Positions 56,301-64,000 of a stretch of DNA of 64,000 nt are shown here, one piece after another. Origin of the DNA: a virus (taxonomy: Duplodnaviria; Heunggongvirae; Uroviricota; Caudoviricetes). The DNA lies in the IMG/VR virus record IMGVR_UViG_3300028048_000103, positions 1 to 64,000 of that record. The stretch is one strand, 5' to 3'. Made by a program: the position numbers and the translations under genes. The notes beneath the pieces are model-generated. The model was given only the letters and a program-made list of their open reading frames with translations, did no database searches and was not told the DNA's origin. How positions within the stretch are numbered: position 1 is the first letter of the stretch; the number at the start of each line of letters is the position of its first letter.

Positions 56301-57342
56301 TACATCAGAAGCATCAGGCACAAGTACAACATATGACACTGATTATGTACATATTGATGAAACAATTACAGGTGATTGGGTTAGTTTTAGTGAGAATAAC
56401 ACCAATATTACAACAGGCACAAGTGTTGGCAATAGTCTATATTATGATGATTCATCACAGAGAGTGGTTGCCAATCATCTTGAAGATACAATTACACAAC
56501 AACAATCACTTGAATTAATTGCAACTGCAACTCATGATTCAAATGTGTCCGATTCTATAACAATATATCAAGAAGCCAATCAAATTGTTGAAACAGGTAG
56601 AACAGAACCACTTTCATGTAGTTTAGATGTATATCCAAGTAGTTATACATTTAAACCTGGACAAATGCAAGCATTAGTTTCTGTTACTTCCACAACAAAC
56701 TATTATGTATATAGTGCTTATACATCAACATATTCAGCACAAACTGAAATGATTTCGGCTACTGAACCTAATGGTGATTGGCAAAATGGTAACAGTGGTA
56801 TAACTGTTTCATTAAATTCTCATACCGGTTCCACATATACATATGAATTTGGCGCAGATTTACCATCAGGGTCAGTTAGTGGTGTTAAAGATTATGGTAC
56901 ATATGTGTTTAGTACACCAAATGGTACTTGCACTGATAGTATTGATTTCTATTATTCAGGCGCATCACAAGAAATTATATATCCTACTTTAACTCCATCT
57001 TTTTATAGCCCTCAGGGTGGATTCTGGGGTATTAATTTAAATTTTGATACTTCGGAAGCCACTACAGGTGTACAATGGTCATGTTCTGTTGACTATCAAG
57101 TAACTATAACTGAAGGTTCTAATCTACCAGAAACGTATAGGGCTAGTTTCTACATGACAGGACACTGTGATGAATTTGGTAAAATTGAAGTAGATGATTA
57201 TGATGACGGAGAGGGCGGTACAACAATTTCACAAGTAAAGGTGGAAGGTTGGACAACTGTTTTTGTTCGTAGTAGCCGTGTATTATCTCAAACAGCGTCT
57301 ATGCAAGAAGATGATATAAATATAACACAACAACCAAACTAA
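53380..57342 (+). CDS. giant BACON/Ig-like-domain structural protein (putative tail/adhesin)
   Basis: 1320 aa, very Thr/Ser/Asn-rich. The N-terminal segment GGTDSFSVTSSKEWNIVSSPSWITASVTSGGKGETSVTLTASVNEGTSEKTGSIVIKTVDDRYTATLYVTQDG fits the BACON domain pattern. Repeated beta-sandwich-like modules follow. Confidence 0.55.
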   Translation: MARRRLLFSYFYLTYNGNKYGETVNVSSFSEDGGTDSFSVTSSKEWNIVSSPSWITASVTSGGKGETSVTLTASVNEGTSEKTGSIVIKTVDDRYTATLYVTQDGIVPYIRINNNDADVNENVAFRSTISSYTIKSRGGWTLAITGGTTNVTAITDTNVVETALTINYPKNTDTGSSKTIKIVLTNTSDSTIKRTITLTQAAQSYITFTRNGADANVIPYNGEVGSILVKTNDIGYAFEESSQFELSKTLGLNNNETISYTAQTLTTANTATTVSISVTAKTSDYDASDNIDQKVYTYQYELYPYLNVANVNVSSASTTGSTTYSSNYNVINATPASQGITNIVVNNGNVTFTLPEPSWNDETYTLNLQTTGTVGPGLSTTATITRPAKVAYLNTSNITVSKNAGDPTNNIIGAIDTNDTYTLDVTSGSDWLTYNPTTGTFSMTENTGTEDRTATITVTTTHNGSNGSPIVKTITVTQEAIPTVEQNITVNLDMKQNNGGTWYIKTSTSNSSLNFPITISYGGNQFNTTVNNGNFVQTPFTTAVGTQINTTNISGTPSYLDADAHIRYNITYVMPTNVAYTETVQSLVPTSVELTYSDTDFLANGNASTTSQYSTPSNFVINYNEIIANSFDNTTRTVAKTESGLNHITSLDVTTSNGGAVNGTYNIGAASRGTTTGNSQTVAVIDKVNYTFSGQTYTYDIPNITFTQEANVAGAPVYVSGETNSTVTNTDIQSFYQDIGITTATTGGTSFTAKGTNTNAGYSGNNYIQARATETGHTYDITTTTLSVTGTSAFTITYTSGEHTDSITSNTWTDTNVVTGSVTTYSQKAQYSGSSQSWLSYNNSNEHATAQNRGIVTGNTRSGLLYFYAEHDNSIKVNIQFSQNQNKLESWTKTAEYEVSRTFVSAVTNSTSEEYRNISIDITASETDFKANGHTLNDNSTISVSATETGEKCITSSVTSTYEVEMGYDWIDYYTSEASGTSTTYDTDYVHIDETITGDWVSFSENNTNITTGTSVGNSLYYDDSSQRVVANHLEDTITQQQSLELIATATHDSNVSDSITIYQEANQIVETGRTEPLSCSLDVYPSSYTFKPGQMQALVSVTSTTNYYVYSAYTSTYSAQTEMISATEPNGDWQNGNSGITVSLNSHTGSTYTYEFGADLPSGSVSGVKDYGTYVFSTPNGTCTDSIDFYYSGASQEIIYPTLTPSFYSPQGGFWGINLNFDTSEATTGVQWSCSVDYQVTITEGSNLPETYRASFYMTGHCDEFGKIEVDDYDDGEGGTTISQVKVEGWTTVFVRSSRVLSQTASMQEDDINITQQPN

Positions 57343-57360
57343 ATATAAATATTAAAAAAT

Positions 57361-57390
57361 CCCTCCTAAAATTAGGAGGGATTTTTTTTA
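57361..57390. terminator. bidirectional rho-independent terminator
   Basis: tccctcctaaaattaggaggga is a 9-bp stem flanked by an A-run and a T-run, between convergent 53380..57342 (+) and 57388..57618 (-). Confidence 0.7.
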
Positions 57391-57618
57391 AATAATATTT
57401 TTTCCAACGATTTTATTATTAGGTCTAAGATATTTCCAACCATTTTTTTCTTCATTTTCAATTAGTTGGTCAAAATCTTGTTGGTAAGCAGGTGGTAATA
57501 GACCACCGTCCATATAGTAATTACCATGCATTCTATAAATATCTGTATTTACTCTAATATTTCCACCTTCTCTAAGTGGAATTTCTTTTACTACAATGTA
57601 TTGACTATCTTCTTTCAT
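57388..57618 (-). CDS. hypothetical protein
   Basis: 76-aa ORF. Confidence 0.4.
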   Translation of the reverse strand: MKEDSQYIVVKEIPLREGGNIRVNTDIYRMHGNYYMDGGLLPPAYQQDFDQLIENEEKNGWKYLRPNNKIVGKNII

Positions 57619-58249
57619 GTTTGTTAATTGTTAAATCTAAAGTTATTTCTATTTCACCACAGTTATTACAATATAAAGTATATGAATCAACAGTTATTTC
57701 ATCACCAATAAAATTATAGCAATAATCCACAACAATATAGGTTTTAATATTATAAAATTTTCTATTAGTTTTATTAAACTTTTCATGATAGATATCACCA
57801 TGTTTAGGCTTTAAAGTAAGTTTCAATTTATTTTGCCACAAATTAAAACATTCAATATCATCTGAATAAATAAAAACATCATCTATGGTATCAAAACATA
57901 GTTTTGCTTCATGTTTTTTGTTATGTGGATAAATATATGGATATGTCGGATAATTGTACGGATATGTATAATAATTGGGTATCGAATATGTTTCCGGTAA
58001 AACCTGACAATTATCTTGGAAATCCGTTATTGTGTGTGGATTTAAAGTATCAACATCTATTGGTTTATCATCGAAATCCAACTCTATTGGTTCATTAGGT
58101 ACTGTTAATGTGTCTTCATGTAGCCAAGTTTTGTCCCAATCATTTGTTTTAGTAACAGATGCTGTTGTTGTAGGATTATTATTAATTTTGTTAACTTTAA
58201 TTTTTTTAATGTTTTTGTTCATTTTGTTAATTAAATTTCTATCGTCCAT
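57605..58249 (-). CDS. hypothetical protein
   Basis: 214-aa ORF, Tyr/Asn-rich. Confidence 0.45.
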   Translation of the reverse strand: MDDRNLINKMNKNIKKIKVNKINNNPTTTASVTKTNDWDKTWLHEDTLTVPNEPIELDFDDKPIDVDTLNPHTITDFQDNCQVLPETYSIPNYYTYPYNYPTYPYIYPHNKKHEAKLCFDTIDDVFIYSDDIECFNLWQNKLKLTLKPKHGDIYHEKFNKTNRKFYNIKTYIVVDYCYNFIGDEITVDSYTLYCNNCGEIEITLDLTINKHERR

Positions 58250-58258
58250 GGTATAAAC

Positions 58259-59122
58259 TTATTTAATTATATTATTTATTATTTCTGTTTTATCTGTTGT
58301 TGGTATTATTTCATATGTACCATCATCTTTAAGCCAAATAATTCTTCTACCCAAAACTTTTAGTCCAATATCTTTAAGGCATAAATGGTATGCTGATAAT
58401 TGTATTGTATAACCACCAAAAGGTTCATCATATAAATCATTAAATGGATAATATAACATTTTATGATTGGTTCTTGAAAACTCTTTATATAATTCCCTAT
58501 TGGTTTTCCAATCCATAATAATTAAACCGCTTTTACTATCATCCGTTGGATGTTTAAAATAAACCAATAAATCAAATGTACCTGCAAAATTTTTAGTATA
58601 CTGTATATTTGGGTTAGCACTTGTATAAACTTTTGTTTCAGGTAAAACAACCCACATATTTTCAGGAAACTCATTCCAAAATTTTAAAGCCGCTTCTTCC
58701 TTAATTCTTGTTGGTATTAACCAATTTTTATCAGCAATGTATTTACATTTGTTATCATCAGTAATATTTTCAGGATGACCCATATGGAGCCAAGCAAGTG
58801 ATTCACCGTAGCTATGTACCAATGTACCTGAAACCGTTGCTTTCAAATTTGTGAATTTCCATTGGTCTAACCAATATTCAGGTGTTTCACCGTTTTTTTC
58901 AGCATAGGCAATTGCTTTTTGTACTGAATCAAATTCTTCCTCAAATTGTGAAACAAATGATGAAACTGAAATTAATTCTTTATCACCCAAAAAATACTTA
59001 TGGCCTTCATCAATAAAAACCAAATTATCAAAAGTATCCAATATTTTATTTCTAATATCAGTTACTTCCTGTGGTTCCCCAATAACCTTTACTCTATATT
59101 TATCTTCATTTCTTAGTGGCAT
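58259..59122 (-). CDS. putative PD-(D/E)xK-family nuclease (tentative)
   Basis: 287 aa. GTFDLLVYF...IMDWKTN gives a D...(D/E)xK arrangement. Confidence 0.35.
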   Translation of the reverse strand: MPLRNEDKYRVKVIGEPQEVTDIRNKILDTFDNLVFIDEGHKYFLGDKELISVSSFVSQFEEEFDSVQKAIAYAEKNGETPEYWLDQWKFTNLKATVSGTLVHSYGESLAWLHMGHPENITDDNKCKYIADKNWLIPTRIKEEAALKFWNEFPENMWVVLPETKVYTSANPNIQYTKNFAGTFDLLVYFKHPTDDSKSGLIIMDWKTNRELYKEFSRTNHKMLYYPFNDLYDEPFGGYTIQLSAYHLCLKDIGLKVLGRRIIWLKDDGTYEIIPTTDKTEIINNIIK

Positions 59123-59294
59123 CTTCTTCCTCCTTTTCTAATTCTTTTAATAATGCATCTGCCATTCTAACAGATAACTTAGCAACAATTTTTGGTGCAG
59201 CCTCCAATGCAGTACCAAATGTACCACTTTCCAAAATACCTTGCATTGCATTTACAGCAGCAGTAAATCTTTTTTCATCAGCAGTCATGTTCAT
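59106..59294 (-). CDS. hypothetical small protein
   Basis: 62-aa ORF. Confidence 0.3.
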   Translation of the reverse strand: MNMTADEKRFTAAVNAMQGILESGTFGTALEAAPKIVAKLSVRMADALLKELEKEEEDATKK

Positions 59295-59490
59295 CTAACC
59301 AATCAATTATTTTTTTATAGTCCTCTCTAGACAAAACCGCTTCTGCTGCATCCAAAACAATATTGTATCCTTCGCAATAAGCGCCATCAATTGAATAACT
59401 AAAATAATCAGAACCTTCTTCTTTCAATCTATCTAAAATTTCTTCGGTGTATCTTTTTTTTATTTTTTGTCTGTGTTCCATTTGTCCCAT
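59278..59490 (-). CDS. hypothetical small protein
   Basis: 70-aa ORF. Confidence 0.35.
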   Translation of the reverse strand: MGQMEHRQKIKKRYTEEILDRLKEEGSDYFSYSIDGAYCEGYNIVLDAAEAVLSREDYKKIIDWLDEHDC

Positions 59491-59521
59491 TATCTTAATG
59501 TTTTTGTATATTATAATTAAA

Positions 59522-59890
59522 TTATCTTTTGTTATTTTTAATTGTTTTTATTTTTTCCTTTATTAGTTTTTGTTCTAATTTTCTTTTTATAATATCACCA
59601 TGGCAACTTTTAGGTTTGCAAAAACAACCAAGATATATATTATCACCATTTTTATAGTGTTTATATATTTCGTCAACAGCATCAGTAAATTCTTTATTAT
59701 GACCATACATTACATCAAAATATTCACTATATTTTTCTATCGCTTCTTCTCTATCTTCACATTGAAAAAGAGCAAGTGTTTTGTTTTTATCCAAATGTGT
59801 ATAGGGATTACCTAAAGCACTACCTCTGCCGACATAAAAATATATTCCATCTGTTGGCTTTTCATCATTTATGTTTATGACATTAATCAT
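59522..59890 (-). CDS. DUF4326-like protein (GRxSxxGNP(F/Y) motif)
   Basis: 122 aa. YFYVGRGSALGNPY matches the hallmark DUF4326 motif, a family commonly found next to macro domains. Confidence 0.4.
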   Translation of the reverse strand: MINVININDEKPTDGIYFYVGRGSALGNPYTHLDKNKTLALFQCEDREEAIEKYSEYFDVMYGHNKEFTDAVDEIYKHYKNGDNIYLGCFCKPKSCHGDIIKRKLEQKLIKEKIKTIKNNKR

Positions 59891-60359
59891 TATATCTCCA
59901 ATATTCTATAATAATATCTTCATTATTTTTAAAAACAGTTTCAATCATTGTATTAATAACCAACCATTCAGCACCTGCTAAACCGCATGACATTTTCCAA
60001 GGAAAAGCAACACTTTTTATTTTATGTTCTTGACAATAGGATGCCAATTTTTCAAGTGCTACATAAATACCTTCATAGTTAGTATATCTTTTCTTTTCAC
60101 TACCATATGTTTCTTGTCCGAACAAATTTGCTACTAACCTATTATCATTAAAACCAGGATGTGTTTTAACAATTTGACACATACCAAGTTTAATTAATTT
60201 GTTTTCAACTGCTTTTTTGTATTGCTCATAAACTCTTGGATAAGTATCTCTTATTGTTTTGGCAACACCTGCACCAAAACCACCATAACAATTACACTGA
60301 TGGCATATAATTTCAGCAGAACTATCTACTAAATTACCTTTATAAATTATTTCTTTCAT
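59883..60359 (-). CDS. macro-domain protein (ADP-ribose binding/processing)
   Basis: 158 aa. SAEIICHQCNCYGGFGAGVAKTI resembles the macro-domain ADP-ribose-binding Gly-rich motif. Confidence 0.5.
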   Translation of the reverse strand: MKEIIYKGNLVDSSAEIICHQCNCYGGFGAGVAKTIRDTYPRVYEQYKKAVENKLIKLGMCQIVKTHPGFNDNRLVANLFGQETYGSEKKRYTNYEGIYVALEKLASYCQEHKIKSVAFPWKMSCGLAGAEWLVINTMIETVFKNNEDIIIEYWRYND

Positions 60360-60872
60360 TTAACAAAGAGAGTCATAACTTTCAATTGCAAAATCAACAT
60401 GCACATTAACACAATGTGCAAAATCATCAGGCTCATTGTCCTCAGGTGCATAACATTCAAAACCAACAGTAAATCCACCTGTGCTTATTTTATATCTTTT
60501 TCCGTTTTCGTTTTTTTCTTTATTACTACCATCTTCAAATAATTCACATAACAAATTTAAAAGTTGTTCTTTAATTATTGTTACGGATGGTGGGTTGTTA
60601 GGGTCTATTAATGACCATTTCCAATTAAGTGTAACCATTGTGTCATGAATTTTGTCAAACTCAATAAAATCCATAATTGTGTTAATTTCATCTAACATTT
60701 GTCTTTTACCTTCTTCGGTATCAAGATAATACCAAATTGGTTTTACACTATCATCGTTGTTAACAAAATCTGGTTCATATGGCACATAATTACTATTATC
60801 ATCACCATATTTCTTTAAAAATTCTTCTTTAATATTAAAATTTTTCATATCAAAAACAGTTTTTATATTCAA
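60360..60872 (-). CDS. hypothetical protein
   Basis: 170-aa ORF. Confidence 0.45.
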   Translation of the reverse strand: MNIKTVFDMKNFNIKEEFLKKYGDDNSNYVPYEPDFVNNDDSVKPIWYYLDTEEGKRQMLDEINTIMDFIEFDKIHDTMVTLNWKWSLIDPNNPPSVTIIKEQLLNLLCELFEDGSNKEKNENGKRYKISTGGFTVGFECYAPEDNEPDDFAHCVNVHVDFAIESYDSLC

Positions 60873-61476
60873 TTATTTCTTTACTATCAACAGCAAAATC
60901 ATATAATGTTTTATATCTGAATATGTTTTTGCAATTACTTTTTAAACGTAAATCAGATAAGGTAATTTCTTTATTATATGGTGCATCAATTAACACACCA
61001 TAATCAGCATTACAACCTTCAAAATTCCAATCATTATCATCAATAAAATATGTTGGGTGTAATATGGTTTTGTCTTTTAAAAAACAAATTCCATCAGGAA
61101 TAATATTTTGTTTTTCCAACCATTCCAATGTATCTTTTTTATTAGTATATGATTTTTGGTAAGTGACAATTATCACATCACCATATTGTTTAAGTATTTC
61201 AATGGCTTCTTTTATTTTAGGTAGTGCTTCTGAATTCAAAAACAGTTCAGTACTATGTTCTTGGAAAAACCAATTAGATGCTGTCATTCCTGTTTCCGTT
61301 TTAATTTTCGGAAAAGAATTTTCGACAACAAAATCAGTTATATCATCATATTTTAAATTGTCATTAAACTCTTTATTGTATAATGATAACATATTATTTA
61401 ACAAAGCCCTAAGAACCTCATCACAATCAATAGCAAATGTTATTTTATTCTTCATCATCAATGTGTTTATAATCAA
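60850..61476 (-). CDS. HAD-family 5'(3')-deoxyribonucleotidase-like protein
   Basis: 208 aa. Motif I is FAIDCDEVL and motif IV is TYFIDDND. Confidence 0.45.
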   Translation of the reverse strand: MIINTLMMKNKITFAIDCDEVLRALLNNMLSLYNKEFNDNLKYDDITDFVVENSFPKIKTETGMTASNWFFQEHSTELFLNSEALPKIKEAIEILKQYGDVIIVTYQKSYTNKKDTLEWLEKQNIIPDGICFLKDKTILHPTYFIDDNDWNFEGCNADYGVLIDAPYNKEITLSDLRLKSNCKNIFRYKTLYDFAVDSKEIIEYKNCF

Positions 61477-62323
61477 TTTTGTTTTCTTGTAATAGCCTAA
61501 TCAATTTTCTAATATAATGACTATTTTCTTTACATATTTTATCTAAATAATCAACCTCTTTTTGTTTATTTTTCCAACATTCGTACCAATATTCATATTT
61601 TTCTTTTTCTTTCTCATATTTTTTCTTTAAATCAATATAAGATATTTTTTCTTCATCAGGTTTATCTGTTACTTCATTTAATAATTCCTTAACTTTATTT
61701 GTATTTTCTTTTTCATCACATGCTTTAAGTCTCCAATCTCTATAATTATAATAAAATTTTTCTGTTAAATTAAGTCCCTCAATAGTGTTTTTCTTATTTG
61801 TTAATTTGGGTGCTTGTTTAATTATTTTATGATATGGATAATAATTAAGCATATAAATTAAACCTGCATATTCAGGAACATCATCTTCTTTTATCATGTC
61901 CTCAGGTACAGCATAGTAAAAATATGTTGGTAGCATGATTTCATCATATTTAAATTGTGAAGGATGTTCTTCAACATATTTTTCAAATAAATATATATCT
62001 TCGTTTATATTCCTTTTCTTATATCTATCTAACAACTCGTAATAACCTGGTGTGTAAATTTCTTTGTTTTTGTATTTCTCTTCAAATAGTTGATGTTTTT
62101 TGGTTTTATGTTTAAAATCATTTTTAAAATCTGCTTTTGAAATTTTAATTTCAAATTCATAAGTTACATCTGATTTTGTCATTAACCATAAATCTGATTC
62201 CCATCCATATATGTAAAGATTTTCGGCTAAAAATTTTATGCTGTTCGGTGACATAAAATTATTACTTAATCTTTTTTGTATTAATTCTTCTGTATAGTGT
62301 ATTTTATTTTTAATAACACCCAT
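61445..62323 (-). CDS. hypothetical protein (start moved to the ATG at 62323; the track start at 62347 is a TTG inside the promoter motif)
   Basis: The track ORF begins MYICKKVVMGV; the codon at 62345-62347 is TTG. The first ATG gives MGVIKNKIHYTEE. A class II motif occupies 62331-62358. Confidence 0.45.
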   Translation of the reverse strand: MGVIKNKIHYTEELIQKRLSNNFMSPNSIKFLAENLYIYGWESDLWLMTKSDVTYEFEIKISKADFKNDFKHKTKKHQLFEEKYKNKEIYTPGYYELLDRYKKRNINEDIYLFEKYVEEHPSQFKYDEIMLPTYFYYAVPEDMIKEDDVPEYAGLIYMLNYYPYHKIIKQAPKLTNKKNTIEGLNLTEKFYYNYRDWRLKACDEKENTNKVKELLNEVTDKPDEEKISYIDLKKKYEKEKEKYEYWYECWKNKQKEVDYLDKICKENSHYIRKLIRLLQENKIDYKHIDDEE

Positions 62324-62330
62324 TACTACT

Positions 62331-62358
62331 TTTTTACAAATATACAAAATAAAATTTA
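62331..62358 (-). promoter_or_regulatory. class II (TAnnTTTG) promoter-like motif
   Basis: ttttttacaaatatacaaaataaaattt. Confidence 0.4.
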
Positions 62359-62432
62359 AACCCCCAAAAATAAATAAAAGAAATTAACTGAATAAAACAA
62401 TATTAAAAACTATTTATAAAGAAAATGTTTAT

Positions 62433-63215
62433 ATGTCATTATTACAAACAATATTAAATCTTTTTGTCAGTATTTTTAAGAAAAAAGAAAATACTGAAAC
62501 AATTATAACACAAGAAGATAATACTATTGATACAGAAAATAATGATATTTTTAATAACAACAATAGTAGTAACATTAACATGACATCCAAATATAATGGT
62601 AAAGTAATCCTTTTAGATAATGGACACGCGCAATCAACGCAGGGGAAAATGTCCCCTTTATTTGATGATGGTTCAAGGTTTTATGAATATGAATTCGCAA
62701 GAGATATTGTTAGACGTATTGCACTTGAATTAAATAAACTTGGAATTAAATATCATATTTTAGTACCTGAAGTTAAAGAGGATATTGCACTTTCCACAAG
62801 AGCCAATAGAGCCAACAGTTATTGCAATAGGTATGGAAAAAATAATTGTGTTTTTATTTCTGTTCATGCAAACGCAGCAGGTATGGGTGATAAATGGATG
62901 AATGCAAGAGGATGGAGTGTTTATACAACAAAAGGTGTTACTAAATCGGATGAAATTGCAACTATTTTTTGGGAAGAGGCAAATAAATTATTGCCCAAAT
63001 ATAATATGACATTAAGAAAAGATATGACAGATGGTGACCCTGATTATGAGGCTAATTTTACTGTTATATATAAAACAATTTGTCCGGCAATATTAACAGA
63101 AAATTTGTTTCAGGATAATAAAATAGATGCATCATTTTTACAATCAGATTTAGGAAGAGAAGTTATTGCTAAAATACATGTGAATGCGATTAAGAGAATA
63201 ACTAATTTAAATTAA
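62433..63215 (+). CDS. N-acetylmuramoyl-L-alanine amidase (endolysin candidate)
   Basis: 260 aa. VILLDNGHAQSTQGK and VFISVHANAAG fit Amidase_3-type motifs. Confidence 0.6.
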   Translation: MSLLQTILNLFVSIFKKKENTETIITQEDNTIDTENNDIFNNNNSSNINMTSKYNGKVILLDNGHAQSTQGKMSPLFDDGSRFYEYEFARDIVRRIALELNKLGIKYHILVPEVKEDIALSTRANRANSYCNRYGKNNCVFISVHANAAGMGDKWMNARGWSVYTTKGVTKSDEIATIFWEEANKLLPKYNMTLRKDMTDGDPDYEANFTVIYKTICPAILTENLFQDNKIDASFLQSDLGREVIAKIHVNAIKRITNLN

Positions 63216-63221
63216 TATATA

Positions 63222-64000
63222 ATGGCAAGTATAGAAAGAATAGGTAAATATTTACTATTAAGAAGTAACTCACTAGTTAATGGTGAAGCAAAATTACCAA
63301 CAACAACACAACTTGAAGAAGGTGAATTGGCTTTGAATTTCCATGACGGTGTGGAAAAAATTTCGATTAAAAATGATAATAACGAAATTGTTACTTTTTC
63401 ATCTGATGACCAAGTTAAAGCATGGATAAGTGCAGGTGGCGGTGGAACAGGTGGAACCGTTAATGGTATTACCGGTATCACAATGAATGGTAATGCGGTA
63501 AGCGTTTCTAATTATGTTGCTAACCTTGGAACAGTACTGACAAGTTTTACTGAAACACAACTAAGCACAGGTACAACAAGTGGTAATGGTAATGTTGTTA
63601 CTAATATCAGTGTCAATAACCACCAAATTACTTTAACAAAGGGTTTAACAATACCTTCATGGGCAACAGCAACAACTAAACCTACATATACTGCTTCTGA
63701 AGTTGGTGCATTACCAACAGGTACTACACTTGATAATGTTGCAGATGGCACTACAAGGAAATTAAGTGATTATGTTACAACTAATACTGAACAAAACATA
63801 ACAGCTAAAAAAACGTTCACAACTGCCATTGCAATGAACAAAAGCGAAGCATGGTCAGGAAATTATGGTGGTGGTGACGTTGGACATGGTTTGAGATTTA
63901 CCATACCTAACATGGCTGCTAATAATAGGTTTGTTTTTATTGATGGCGGTAAAGCACTTAGTAGTAATAACTCAATACACTTTGATTTTGGTTTTGTTGG
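63222..64000 (+). CDS. tail fiber-like protein, 5' partial (continues beyond the window)
   Basis: Open frame from the ATG at 63222 to the window end. Gly/Thr/Asn-rich (GGGGTGGTVNGITGITMNG...). Lies directly downstream of the amidase. Confidence 0.45.
   Translation, partial: MASIERIGKYLLLRSNSLVNGEAKLPTTTQLEEGELALNFHDGVEKISIKNDNNEIVTFSSDDQVKAWISAGGGGTGGTVNGITGITMNGNAVSVSNYVANLGTVLTSFTETQLSTGTTSGNGNVVTNISVNNHQITLTKGLTIPSWATATTKPTYTASEVGALPTGTTLDNVADGTTRKLSDYVTTNTEQNITAKKTFTTAIAMNKSEAWSGNYGGGDVGHGLRFTIPNMAANNRFVFIDGGKALSSNNSIHFDFGFV

Noticed and set aside
53880-56518. Several short ORFs on both strands inside the 1320-aa gene (53880..54074, 54916..55134, 56025..56255, 56282..56518)
   Set aside because: They are embedded in a long, compositionally biased coding region. 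All are shadow ORFs.
61445-62347. Track start codon at 62347
   Set aside because: The first codon is TTG and lies inside the class II promoter-like motif. The first ATG at 62323 is the more plausible start, so the feature was trimmed.
1-64000. Integrase, transposase or prophage boundary signals; CRISPR arrays
   Set aside because: No tyrosine or serine recombinase-like ORF was recognisable by motif. No att-like direct repeats flank the tRNAs. No repeat-spacer arrays are present. The element looks like part of a lytic phage genome, not an integrated island.

Overview
The window is AT-rich and gene-dense, and reads as a fragment of a large virulent dsDNA phage infecting Bacteroidota hosts. Two things support that (inference): the -7 promoter boxes match the Bacteroides consensus TAnnTTTG, and there is a BACON-domain giant protein, a BspA-type LRR protein and several lipobox lipoproteins. 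A crAss-like phage is plausible but cannot be shown without searches.

Gene layout:
- From about 1 to 50.8 kb almost every gene is on the minus strand.
- A plus-strand structural block runs from 50.86 to 57.34 kb (LRR protein, repeat tail fiber, 1320-aa BACON/Ig-like protein) and ends in a bidirectional terminator.
- A minus-strand block follows (macro domain, DUF4326-like, HAD nucleotidase-like, putative nuclease).
- A plus-strand lysis and tail-fiber block begins at 62.4 kb (amidase endolysin, partial tail fiber).

Products recognisable from the translations:
- Replication and nucleotide metabolism: bifunctional DHFR-thymidylate synthase fusion, UvrD-like helicase, Toprim primase-like protein, SbcD-like and two other metallophosphoesterases, Nudix hydrolase, HAD-like phosphatases.
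- Host-interaction and accessory functions: ClpP, AAA+ ATPase, methylglyoxal synthase homolog, translation initiation factor IF-1, Hsp20, SprT-like HExxH protease, macro domain, a sigma-70-family factor.
- Three multi-copy paralog families: the 'MTQEEKQLLLKDL...DWLNAHHFDYRGLIEK' family (6-7 copies), a 'WSEEDE'-motif family (4 copies plus remnants), and an HExxH family (3 copies).

The most unusual region is 23.4-31.8 kb, a minus-strand array of about 20 tRNA genes:
- One tRNA (Arg-TCT) is cleanly split by a ~554-nt group I intron.
- A second homologous group I intron lies next to tRNA halves that do not match each other.
- A tRNA-Asn is split by a ~100-nt insert that is itself tRNA-like.
- Several tRNAs have non-canonical arms.
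- About 2 kb of structured non-coding sequence lies between the tRNAs.

Two recurring intergenic motifs lie upstream of minus-strand genes and tRNAs. One (RC TTTTGGCATGATTTTTGTAAG) lacks the host -7 box and may be read by the phage sigma factor. The other (RC ...TATATTTGTAAA / TTATATATTTGCA) carries the Bacteroides -7 box. No CRISPR array, integrase or transposase was seen.
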